Of a stretch of 44,305 bases of DNA, positions 28,378-37,154 are shown piece after piece. This DNA is from Oligoflexales bacterium (GTDB lineage: Bacteria; Bdellovibrionota_B; Oligoflexia; Oligoflexales; CAIYRB01), in the NCBI GenBank assembly GCA_041736175.1, contig JBGSUI010000015.1, positions 1 through 44,305 on the forward strand, read 5' to 3'. Each line of letters begins with the position of its first letter. Position 1 is the stretch's first letter. Position numbers and translations under genes: made by a program. Below the pieces are notes generated by a model. It searched no databases. It worked only from the letters and a program-made list of their open reading frames with translations, and was not told where the DNA came from.

Positions 28378-29364
28378 ATGAAAATGCATGCTAAAAAATG
28401 GATGTTCATAAACTTTAGTTCCATGATTATGTTGAGCAGCAGCCTGCACCTATCGAGCTGCAATGGTGGCTCCTACACCGGAAAAACCAGCAAAAAATCG
28501 GACAAAGTTGTGCAGGAGGCATCAAGTCCCGAAGCCAAAGCCTCGATCGAAACACAGAAGTCCGTCCAAGAGGATCAAATCGACAAGATCGCCCGCAACG
28601 TACCCAAAGATCCTGGTGCCTTTTTTATGGATTACCCCCCCCGATACTGCGAACACGTCTGGAAACTAAAGCTGCGGGCAGATGTCTCAGAAAGTCTAAA
28701 ATATTTTTGCAACGGTGCCACTCCTACAGAGGCTATGATTAAACTAAGAGAACAGGTGATCCGAGAACCTGGAAAACTCAACATTCAAAAAATCCTAACC
28801 AAAAGCAACCTAGAGGAAAACGAATATCACACCGTCTGGGGCTACTATATCCCTGAGTTTAGGCCTTTTAGAATCAAAGAAAAGCCTTTCTACACCTATA
28901 TTGCCCAACCCCTGGTGGAGGGGGATATCGACCTTAAAACCACCTGGGAACGTCAAAGCGATGAGGGACTGGATTTTGGTATGCACCTTTGGTCCGTTAA
29001 GATGAAGTATGAACTCAAGCTCACAGCGGCCAAAGGGTTAGTTCTCGATAGCCGCAGGGCCACCCAATATAATCTCTACCAAGTGGAGTCTGGCAACGAA
29101 GAGATGGGTTTTGGGGTGGAGACCCTCACCGATGGGTTTAATGGGGATTATTCGAAATCGGTGATGATCAACTTAGCCTTTAACGATGGCCAAGGCTTTA
29201 ACGACGACCATGGCGGAATCGTCGTCCTCAACCTCCTGCATTTAAAAATGGCTAATAAAGGCTTTCCTGAAACGACCGGAAAATCTCTAGATCGAATTGG
29301 AACCTTTTTGCCAAGCAGCATGTATGAAGGTTTAGCAGGAAAAAAATCCCAAAACCTAAAATAG
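28378..29364 (+). CDS. Hypothetical lipoprotein, paralog 3
   Basis: GGAG RBS, LSSC lipobox; YCEHVWKL...LKYFCNGATPT. Confidence 0.72.
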   Translation: MKMHAKKWMFINFSSMIMLSSSLHLSSCNGGSYTGKTSKKSDKVVQEASSPEAKASIETQKSVQEDQIDKIARNVPKDPGAFFMDYPPRYCEHVWKLKLRADVSESLKYFCNGATPTEAMIKLREQVIREPGKLNIQKILTKSNLEENEYHTVWGYYIPEFRPFRIKEKPFYTYIAQPLVEGDIDLKTTWERQSDEGLDFGMHLWSVKMKYELKLTAAKGLVLDSRRATQYNLYQVESGNEEMGFGVETLTDGFNGDYSKSVMINLAFNDGQGFNDDHGGIVVLNLLHLKMANKGFPETTGKSLDRIGTFLPSSMYEGLAGKKSQNLK

Positions 29365-29390
29365 TCTACCTCTAAAAGGGAGTTCTGAAT

Positions 29391-30434
29391 ATGAGACCAG
29401 TAGAAATTGACTTAAATGCGACACCTCTAAAAACGGTTAGATGGCTTTGTCTCTCGATCCCTCTCCTCTTCAGTTGCGGGGAAAAATCAACAAAAGACAA
29501 GCAAGAGGCTAAAGCAGCTGCGCCCCAAACTGCACCCGGAACCCCTTCGGACCTTAAGGAACCCATATCCAATAAACCAGCCGTCGAGCCAGAGGTTGAC
29601 CCGAATACCATCAAGGCTATCGTCAAGGGCTTAAAATTAACCTTTGATACCCAGCCCATCAAACGGGTTGCTGACCTCCCGGACCTAAGCGCGAAGCCAG
29701 CGACCATTCGTCGAGAACTCATGGACGCTTTTTGTATCCATGCTTATAAGCTCCCCCTTCAAAGTGACTTTAACACTGAGCTAGGAGTTCTCTGCGGGTC
29801 CGATAAAAAACCAACAGCTCTGTTTACCACCATCGATCGATACGCCAAAGTCTCCCCAGACAACTCGATTGCCCTCGAAATCGCTAACTCTGTGGATGGA
29901 GACTACAGCCGATCCACGGTGATTTCAGTCGCCACAACCGATCTGCCTACTAAGTTTGTTAAGGAAGCCCATGTCAATGACTACCTAACTGCTCCCTTTA
30001 ATTTCAGTTATTTCAGCCAAGAAAGCAATGTGAGCAAAGACCTCAATCACCAAATCGGCGGTGACCTTGGGTTCTCCCGTTACGAACTTTATTATTCCAC
30101 AAAAAACAAAACCGACGACGGTAAAACTTTTCGCAATGAAAGAACTAGCATCTACAATGGCTACCAGGTCCAAGGGGGCAGCCCTGATATCGGACTCATC
30201 ACAGAGCATCTGACCAGCACCACCAAAGACTACCGTTCTTTTAAGACGATATCCGTATCCATCAGCACCCAATCCGGCGGCTCGATGATCATCACGATCG
30301 CCAATCTCGAAGTGCTCCATAACGGCTATCCTAAGGACGCTCGCCGCCTTGCGGTCGACACGGCGAGCGCCCAATCACAACATGTTCGAGAAGGAGTGAT
30401 CAGAGAAAAGGCCACTCGGGTCCCTGGCCAATAA
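29391..30434 (+). CDS. Hypothetical lipoprotein, paralog 4
   Basis: GGGAG RBS, LFSC lipobox; FCIHAYKL...LGVLCGSDKKPTALF. Confidence 0.72.
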   Translation: MRPVEIDLNATPLKTVRWLCLSIPLLFSCGEKSTKDKQEAKAAAPQTAPGTPSDLKEPISNKPAVEPEVDPNTIKAIVKGLKLTFDTQPIKRVADLPDLSAKPATIRRELMDAFCIHAYKLPLQSDFNTELGVLCGSDKKPTALFTTIDRYAKVSPDNSIALEIANSVDGDYSRSTVISVATTDLPTKFVKEAHVNDYLTAPFNFSYFSQESNVSKDLNHQIGGDLGFSRYELYYSTKNKTDDGKTFRNERTSIYNGYQVQGGSPDIGLITEHLTSTTKDYRSFKTISVSISTQSGGSMIITIANLEVLHNGYPKDARRLAVDTASAQSQHVREGVIREKATRVPGQ

Positions 30435-30436
30435 AC

Positions 30437-31108
30437 TCACTGTTTTTGTTCCTGTCTGAATTCCTTTGGAGACTGGTATTTATCGAGAGACCAGATACCC
30501 TTCTTGGCTCTTTTGGCTTTTTCTTCCGCAGCCAGATAGACTGCTTTATTAAGCCGCTTGGTTTTACCGCGATACACCTCGGCTAAACCCTCTTCGATCA
30601 TTTGGAGGTTGATCTCCTGACCTTGATCGATCAGCAAGACAACCGGACGGTTAAAGGGGTCCAAATCAACCTGGCGGACTTGGATTTTCTTGCCTACGAC
30701 TTTAGCATTGAGAGCGGCTTTGGCTTGGTCGCCAAAGGGCTGCCCCTGTTTGGAACCCCGTGCTTTGCTGGTCTCAGGTGCATCGATAGCGGCAAGGCGC
30801 ACATTGAGCCAAAGACCTCCAGCTACCTTAACGCGACAGGTGTCCCCATCGTTACAATGATATACGGCGGCCACGAGAGGTTGGACGGATTCACTGTCCT
30901 GAGGCTCAACGGGGGTTTCTGAGGGTTTTGATTGGGAAGTTGGGGCTGCTGCTGAAACGCTCTTTGATGGAGCTGAGTTAACCGGGAGACTACTCTGACC
31001 AAGAAGGACAGAAACAGATCCTAAAGGTTCGAAAAAAAGTGCTAAAAAAACAGCTAACGCCAGGAATGATCTCTGGAATCTCAATTTTTGATTTATATTC
31101 TGCCCCAT
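30437..31108 (-). CDS. Thermonuclease (SNase) family protein, exported
   Basis: DGDT, VRLAAIDAPE, GQPFG, EGLAEVY and AKRAKKGIWS; N-terminal hydrophobic segment. The ORF is open to 31138. Confidence 0.92.
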   Translation of the reverse strand: MGQNINQKLRFQRSFLALAVFLALFFEPLGSVSVLLGQSSLPVNSAPSKSVSAAAPTSQSKPSETPVEPQDSESVQPLVAAVYHCNDGDTCRVKVAGGLWLNVRLAAIDAPETSKARGSKQGQPFGDQAKAALNAKVVGKKIQVRQVDLDPFNRPVVLLIDQGQEINLQMIEEGLAEVYRGKTKRLNKAVYLAAEEKAKRAKKGIWSLDKYQSPKEFRQEQKQ

Positions 31109-31547
31109 AATGTCTCTCTCCTTTGCAACGATAATCACCCAGGGACCATTCCACCATCGACAATCGGCCCTACCTATTCATAACTTCGACCCATCAAGAA
31201 CACCACCGTAAACTTTCTCCCCCATTTAAGTCCCTCCACCAAGCTGATTGACTAGACATTGACAATGCTTTAGTCGATGCAAACCCCTTTGCTATCAGAG
31301 AACCGATGGCCCTCACCTCTGGTGGAGACAGCTTAGCCCAAGAATAGGTATTCATTTCGGTTAGTAAAATCTATCCCATTCCATAAATCACTGCCAAACC
31401 AATCCTGGCCAGCAGATTGCAAAGGAATCCGCAGTGGCTCGGTGGCTGGAGGCAGCAGCCTCATTCTACACCGCATGTTGTTTAAATTTGATTTGATTAC
31501 ACTTACAAAATCGATGTGGAAAAACCTTTGATTTTCATACAATAATA

Positions 31548-32825
31548 ATGGAAAGCAACCGATCCATGACAATTTTCGTTTCACTTCGACGTTACAAAAC
31601 TTCATTAGGATTACTATTTGCCCTAGTTTTGTGCCTTAGTCTCACAAGCTGTCGCAACTATTTTTTTCCCAAGATTTACAACGACTCCGAGTTCACCGCA
31701 AATCAACCGCCCTTCACAGCCGGCATCAAACCTCGACAAAATCGGGTTCCTTCCCATTACCGCTTGATCGATGTGGTTGCTACGCAGCGCCGGATTGTCC
31801 GCAACATCCCTAAAGTCATTTCACGGGATCCAAGAGGTACACCGCCCAATATCGCGATGGTGGAGGCATTGGAAGATGCGCTCCTTGGCGAGATGAAAGG
31901 TGCTGATCCAGAGCCGCGACCATTTTGGGAAAAGGTTTCTAAGCTGGCGATTCCGCAATTGGGGATACCCTCCCAGACAACTCCCAGCAAAATCCTCGAT
32001 AATATCGAAAAAAAAACTCTTGCTGACAAATCCCTACATCAACCACAAAATCTTGATCTTCGCCAAAAGATTATCGAAGACCTCGATCATTTGGATGCTA
32101 ATGTTAACCTGAATATTTTGGAGCACCCTGAGGAAGCCACCTTTATCATCGCCGACAAGGCTATCAGTCACCCTCAAAAAATTGGTCGTGTAAACGATTT
32201 CGGTATCGAAATATCGCCTAAAGATCTGCTCAGATCGATTGCCGGTACCTGTCAGCAGGACCTCTGTCAGGTAAAGGTCGTCAAACCGATGGCGATCAGT
32301 AGAACAGTGCCAATAAACATAAATTTTTTTATTGACATCGTCTTTACTCAGGCGATCAATCCAAAAACCAGACTGATGACTTTTGATATCGCCATTGATG
32401 GGCACTATAAACCTGTCAATTTTGGCGAAATTGTGGCCGTAGACCTATCGGCGGGTTTAGACCTGCACTACGCTCCCGATACACAAGCATTAAGCATCGA
32501 TAACCTCAGATGCAATGCAAGATTAGATTGCAATATTCCCTTCCTAAGATTTACTACTAAAATAAGCGATCAAGGCATCAGCTTTGATACCGGCCTTGGA
32601 CTCGAAGGTATTGGGGGACAACTGGTCAAAATTTTGCCAAATGGTGGGCAAGTTGCGAAGAAGTTATCCTTTGATCAAGTTTTTGCCGGCCTCAAAAAAG
32701 CTATCAGTAATCTCCCTGCTCCTGACGAACCTGTGGATCTACTTTGGGAAGATATTCTTTCGGAAAAAAATGCTGAAACTTTAAGAGTTGGGACCCCTCA
32801 AAAACCGACGATAGAGGTGTATTGA
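31548..32825 (+). CDS. Hypothetical lipoprotein
   Basis: 425-aa ORF with LTSC lipobox. Confidence 0.65.
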   Translation: MESNRSMTIFVSLRRYKTSLGLLFALVLCLSLTSCRNYFFPKIYNDSEFTANQPPFTAGIKPRQNRVPSHYRLIDVVATQRRIVRNIPKVISRDPRGTPPNIAMVEALEDALLGEMKGADPEPRPFWEKVSKLAIPQLGIPSQTTPSKILDNIEKKTLADKSLHQPQNLDLRQKIIEDLDHLDANVNLNILEHPEEATFIIADKAISHPQKIGRVNDFGIEISPKDLLRSIAGTCQQDLCQVKVVKPMAISRTVPININFFIDIVFTQAINPKTRLMTFDIAIDGHYKPVNFGEIVAVDLSAGLDLHYAPDTQALSIDNLRCNARLDCNIPFLRFTTKISDQGISFDTGLGLEGIGGQLVKILPNGGQVAKKLSFDQVFAGLKKAISNLPAPDEPVDLLWEDILSEKNAETLRVGTPQKPTIEVY

Positions 32826-32847
32826 GGTTTAAATTGATCAAAAAGCG

Positions 32848-34269
32848 CTAGGCGTTTACAGTCAAAATCTGCCGCGCCACCTCCGCGGCCTGTACCCGTA
32901 GTTCCGGCACCGCGGTGCTCTCGCCGAGGTCACCAGAGCGTAGCGCACCCACGACATGAAGCCAGGGGACCTCACTTCCCCCGCGACTTAGGACAAGACC
33001 CTGACTGCTGGTCCGTATTCCCAGCCCGGTGGGGTGGGGATCAATATACCCGTTCAACTTTAGGTTAACCATCAACGGATCTGTTGTCTTGGCGATGGCC
33101 GTGGTCCCACCCGTGCAATTGATCACATAGTCGGCACAAACCTGCACCATGGGCTTTTCACCACGGGGTTTGTAGGTTAGTGACATGATTCCTTGGCCAT
33201 CACGGCTCCATTCCCGGATCCTTCCTGCTATGATTTTAAGTCGGGATTCTTCTAAGCTTCTGGTCAAGCTCCTGCAGACGGCAGGAGCCATACGGTGACG
33301 ATGGGTATCCCAATAGGACTTGCCATGGCGTAGAAAACTTTGCCGTTCCCTGATGGTCATATGCCCCCAGAGGATCTGGTTTAAGGGGCGTAAACCATCT
33401 ATGATTTGCTGCCAAGTTTGACCATCTCCGGCTGCCCGATGGATTTCTCGGCGCAGGAGACAACTGATCTTTTGGGGCGACGTTAGCAAAGGCTCTTTAG
33501 CAAGCGGTATAGCCGGCTTGGGTTCCGCAAGGTGCGCCTGGGGCAACAATCCATGCCGCGAGATGGCCGTGATGGGACAAGAGCGAGGTTTTTGCGATAA
33601 GGTTAGAAAGGTATCTACCATCGACAGTCCCGTCCCTAAGAGCAAGATCCGGTCATGGGGACCGATCTTAGCAAAGATCTGTGCCTGCTCTGGACCCCAT
33701 AGATTGTGGAGATAACGTCCTGTGCCTTCCTCTACCCATTCCATTGGCACGAGGTAAACAGGTGCCACATGACTGATGGCTAACACCACCTGACGGCAGC
33801 TCAGGAATCCCCCTTTTGAAAGTTTTAATTTCGGTCCGCTGGGTCCGACCTCTAAACCAAGGCACTCGTCGACGATGGGAATCACCGTCGTCTCCGGATG
33901 GTCTTTTTCGGCCTGAGTTAAAGTCTCCTGAAGATAGTGGCGGTAGTAGCATCGGGGGACATAGGCGTTAGTAAAGATGCTATCTAAATAGGGATACCTA
34001 AACTGGTTTCGCAAACACCACTGGAGAAAATCCTGGGGGTTATCAGCCGTGGCACCCATCCGATCAGCAGCAACATTGAGGAGATGGGAATGGTCGTCTG
34101 TTGAAAAAGCCACTCCACCCCCAAGCTGTCCACGCTTTTCTATCAGCGCAATGCGCAATGGGATGGGCGAGGTCTTGAGGAGGTTGACGACTGTCATCAC
34201 TCCACAAAATCCTCCTCCAATGATCGCCACGTCAAAGGGTGCTTTCGGAGAATAGTTTGGTAAACTCAT
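32848..34269 (-). CDS. FAD/NAD(P)-binding oxidoreductase (NAD_binding_9 / YdhS-like)
   Basis: IIGGGFCG, GGGVAFST...HLLNV, YVPR, LGTGLSMVD, SRHGLLP, WDTHRHRMAP, INCTG and ESTAVPELRVQA. Confidence 0.88.
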   Translation of the reverse strand: MSLPNYSPKAPFDVAIIGGGFCGVMTVVNLLKTSPIPLRIALIEKRGQLGGGVAFSTDDHSHLLNVAADRMGATADNPQDFLQWCLRNQFRYPYLDSIFTNAYVPRCYYRHYLQETLTQAEKDHPETTVIPIVDECLGLEVGPSGPKLKLSKGGFLSCRQVVLAISHVAPVYLVPMEWVEEGTGRYLHNLWGPEQAQIFAKIGPHDRILLLGTGLSMVDTFLTLSQKPRSCPITAISRHGLLPQAHLAEPKPAIPLAKEPLLTSPQKISCLLRREIHRAAGDGQTWQQIIDGLRPLNQILWGHMTIRERQSFLRHGKSYWDTHRHRMAPAVCRSLTRSLEESRLKIIAGRIREWSRDGQGIMSLTYKPRGEKPMVQVCADYVINCTGGTTAIAKTTDPLMVNLKLNGYIDPHPTGLGIRTSSQGLVLSRGGSEVPWLHVVGALRSGDLGESTAVPELRVQAAEVARQILTVNA

Positions 34270-34302
34270 TAAGAATCATTCTTTCGATATTTGTTTTGAT
34301 CA

Positions 34303-35559
34303 TCATGACGATTTAGACAAAGCTCCGATACGGGCCATCTCGTTGTGACAAAGCATATAACCTTCATCGATTCCCATACCAGGTTTGACCAGTAAAACCT
34401 CCGGACGAACCACCATCCCCACATGCACCGTGGCGCGGGTTGAGATCTCTGTCTCCACACAGCTTCCCCCCAGCAAGACTTGCACTCCGTGGGACCTGCA
34501 CTCTATAGCTGAATCGACAATCGAGGCTAATGATCCTATGTTTGGGGTCTTCAAATGGATCATATGAACACATTGGGCAGCGGCCATACGGCTGATATCG
34601 GCTTTGGAATTCGCCCATTCATCTGCAACGAGGACCACCTGGGAACGGTGGGTTTTGAGATAGTCTTTAAGCCGCAGGTAGGTTTCGATTTGCTGGTCCA
34701 AGCTCTCGGCGAGGAGGGGGCTTTCCATCCTCAGGGGATAAGGAGCGATCACGGTTTCGAGTTCCATGATAAAGTCGCCCACTGCAGGAATATCCCCCTG
34801 ACCCACAATCCCCAAACCACCATGGACATCTAGGTGAATCACTGGACGATAATCCTCAGCAGAAAATTGGATCATCCTCTCCTTGAGCCAACGGCCATAA
34901 GCGAGAAGCACTTCGCCCCGAGACCCCACCTGAGACTCAGGGTGATCCACCTGGCCATGGGGGAGCGCTGCTAACTTTCGGTAAAGCATTTTATCGGCAT
35001 TTTCGTAGGGGCTGTTGCCCGAGGAGCCTTGGAGGGGGAGCGGCTTTAAATCGAAGGTGTTAAGATCCCATTCGGCACCGATCACCCTAAACATATCGCC
35101 ACGAGGTGCAAGGGTGGCTAAGACTGCTTGGGAGAGCCCATAGGTGATTCCCGGATGGAGGTCCAAGTGACGGGAAGCCGTATAATCGTCGAGATCGTGG
35201 CAAAACTCCCTTAAGGACCGTAGCTCATACTGTAGCAACCATGGTGTCAGAACACTTGCTAAGATCTGCTCGACTGCTGCGCTACGAAGGGGGGTTTTGC
35301 GACCGGATTTTCCCCCGTATGAAACCCCAACACAGTCGCCCCAGCCCACGGTGTCTCCAGTATTAAGGCCGAGACTTACGACCTCAGCCAGCTCGCGCAC
35401 ATAGCTGAGACCACTGGACTCAGGTGCTTGCAAAAACCACCGTTCGGAGTCTTTGTAAGGCCCATGGGAGTCGATCTGCCGATGTTGGAGAGAACTCAGA
35501 TCCTCACAATAGTATCCGCCCACAGCCGGCACTCCTAAGACCGCTTGAATCCTCACCAT
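34303..35559 (-). CDS. Methylaspartate ammonia-lyase homolog (enolase superfamily)
   Basis: GDCVGVSYGG, YGLSQA, LPHG, HLDVHG, MESP, VADEWAN, LKTPNIG, GGSCVET and KPGMGIDEG...NEM. Confidence 0.87.
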   Translation of the reverse strand: MVRIQAVLGVPAVGGYYCEDLSSLQHRQIDSHGPYKDSERWFLQAPESSGLSYVRELAEVVSLGLNTGDTVGWGDCVGVSYGGKSGRKTPLRSAAVEQILASVLTPWLLQYELRSLREFCHDLDDYTASRHLDLHPGITYGLSQAVLATLAPRGDMFRVIGAEWDLNTFDLKPLPLQGSSGNSPYENADKMLYRKLAALPHGQVDHPESQVGSRGEVLLAYGRWLKERMIQFSAEDYRPVIHLDVHGGLGIVGQGDIPAVGDFIMELETVIAPYPLRMESPLLAESLDQQIETYLRLKDYLKTHRSQVVLVADEWANSKADISRMAAAQCVHMIHLKTPNIGSLASIVDSAIECRSHGVQVLLGGSCVETEISTRATVHVGMVVRPEVLLVKPGMGIDEGYMLCHNEMARIGALSKSS

Positions 35560-37151
35560 CAGTGATCCTCCACAGGTAATGTGGGCACGTCGGCCACCGC
35601 ACCAGATGAAGAGGGATAAGACTGGATGGGTCTCGCATAAACATCAAGTTTTTGGAACTTCACCAGTACAACCCCTAGGGACATTAAAACAAAGACCTGG
35701 TAGACCAAAGCTGGAAGACCGCCGAGATTCGATAGCATCTTGATACCGTCTACTCCAGCAGCTTGGAGCATGGCCAGGGAGACGATACCGACGAGGACTC
35801 CCCAGATATATTTGAGTCTCTTCGGTGGTTCTGTTTGTTTGGGACAGATACCATGGGAACACATTCCAGCCATCGCCGCAGTATTGGCATCAGCACCGGA
35901 GACATATGCAATAAACACAGAAAACAAAAAGATCGGAATCACCCAGCCCCCACCTGGCAGATTGGCTAGGAGTTGGTAGATGATTGCCTCTGGACCACGA
36001 GACTCTAGGGACTTTACTAAACTCAGGTTTTGGGATAGCTCCATATTCAGAGCAGCTCCCCCAAAAAGGCTCATCCAAACCAAAGCAAACAAAGAGGGGA
36101 TGATAAAATTGACCACCATAAACTCCCGCACCCGATAACCATAGCCGATGCGACCTAAAAAAACCGCCGTGATCGGCGTCCAGGCCAACCAAACCGCCCA
36201 GTAAAAAAAAGTCCATTGGGAAACCCAAGGTTCTTGGGGGGCAAACCTGAGAGTTGTTGCGGTGGCGAGGAAGTGTGTAATATGGTCTCCTAAGGCATCA
36301 CCTGCTAAACCAAGGATGTTTATCAATGGGCTACCCAAGGCCACAAAGGTCGCGAGGCCCACAAAAATCCATAGATTGATTCCTGCGAGAACGGTGATCC
36401 CTTTTTGCAGCCCTGTCGTTGCCGAAAGCACAAAGGCCGCCACCACGGTAAGGGTCACCACACTCCAAACCAAGGGAGTGCTTTTGAATCCCCAAAGATG
36501 CTCCAACCCACCTGATAACGTGAGCGTTCCCGTAGCCAAGGAGGCTGCCATCCCGGCAACCAATGCAAACAAACACAGGCCATCGATCACGGCGCCGATG
36601 GAAGAGCGACTGAGATTTTTTCCAAAAAGTGGTGCCAACGAAGCCCCTAAGGAAAAATCGGTTTTCATATTATAAAATGCAAAACCAAACATCACTCCCG
36701 AGACCCCATAGAGGGCACAGGGCAAAAAGCTCCAATGGAGATAGAGGGTCGAAAGAGCAAACCGGGCGGCTTCCTTTGAAAACGGCTCAAGACCCAGGGA
36801 TGCTGGCGGCGCTTTAAGGTGGTAGAGGGGTTCTGCAGCGGCCCAAAACAGAATCCCCACTGCTGTGTTAGTCGCCAAGGCGACACAGATCCAGGACCAA
36901 GGCCTTAAGTCAGGTTTAGCATGGGGACCTCCCAGCCTCACTTTGCCAAAAGGGGTGACCATGATAGCGACCGCCATAAACAACGATGCGAGGACCACAG
37001 CAGCAAAAGCCACTCCAAAAGTCTCAAGAACCCACAGATTAAGGCTGGTGAGGTGCCGCAAAAAAAGCTCGGGAAACCCCAAATCCAACACCAAAGCCGC
37101 AGCGATTAGGAGGACTGGGGGCCAAAAGACCATGGAGCGAAGTTGTTTCAA
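35559..37151 (-). CDS. BCCT-family transporter
   Basis: Many TM segments; GKVRLGG...P, GILFWAAAEP, LHW, WTFFYWAVWLAWTP...FLGRI.YG..VREF. Confidence 0.92.
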   Translation of the reverse strand: MKQLRSMVFWPPVLLIAAALVLDLGFPELFLRHLTSLNLWVLETFGVAFAAVVLASLFMAVAIMVTPFGKVRLGGPHAKPDLRPWSWICVALATNTAVGILFWAAAEPLYHLKAPPASLGLEPFSKEAARFALSTLYLHWSFLPCALYGVSGVMFGFAFYNMKTDFSLGASLAPLFGKNLSRSSIGAVIDGLCLFALVAGMAASLATGTLTLSGGLEHLWGFKSTPLVWSVVTLTVVAAFVLSATTGLQKGITVLAGINLWIFVGLATFVALGSPLINILGLAGDALGDHITHFLATATTLRFAPQEPWVSQWTFFYWAVWLAWTPITAVFLGRIGYGYRVREFMVVNFIIPSLFALVWMSLFGGAALNMELSQNLSLVKSLESRGPEAIIYQLLANLPGGGWVIPIFLFSVFIAYVSGADANTAAMAGMCSHGICPKQTEPPKRLKYIWGVLVGIVSLAMLQAAGVDGIKMLSNLGGLPALVYQVFVLMSLGVVLVKFQKLDVYARPIQSYPSSSGAVADVPTLPVEDH

Positions 37152-37154
37152 AAG

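Noticed and set aside
31140..31547. Riboswitch or ncRNA in the long intergenic region
   Set aside because: Fragments resemble SAM or glycine riboswitch words, but no complete consensus or structure was found; needs an Rfam scan.
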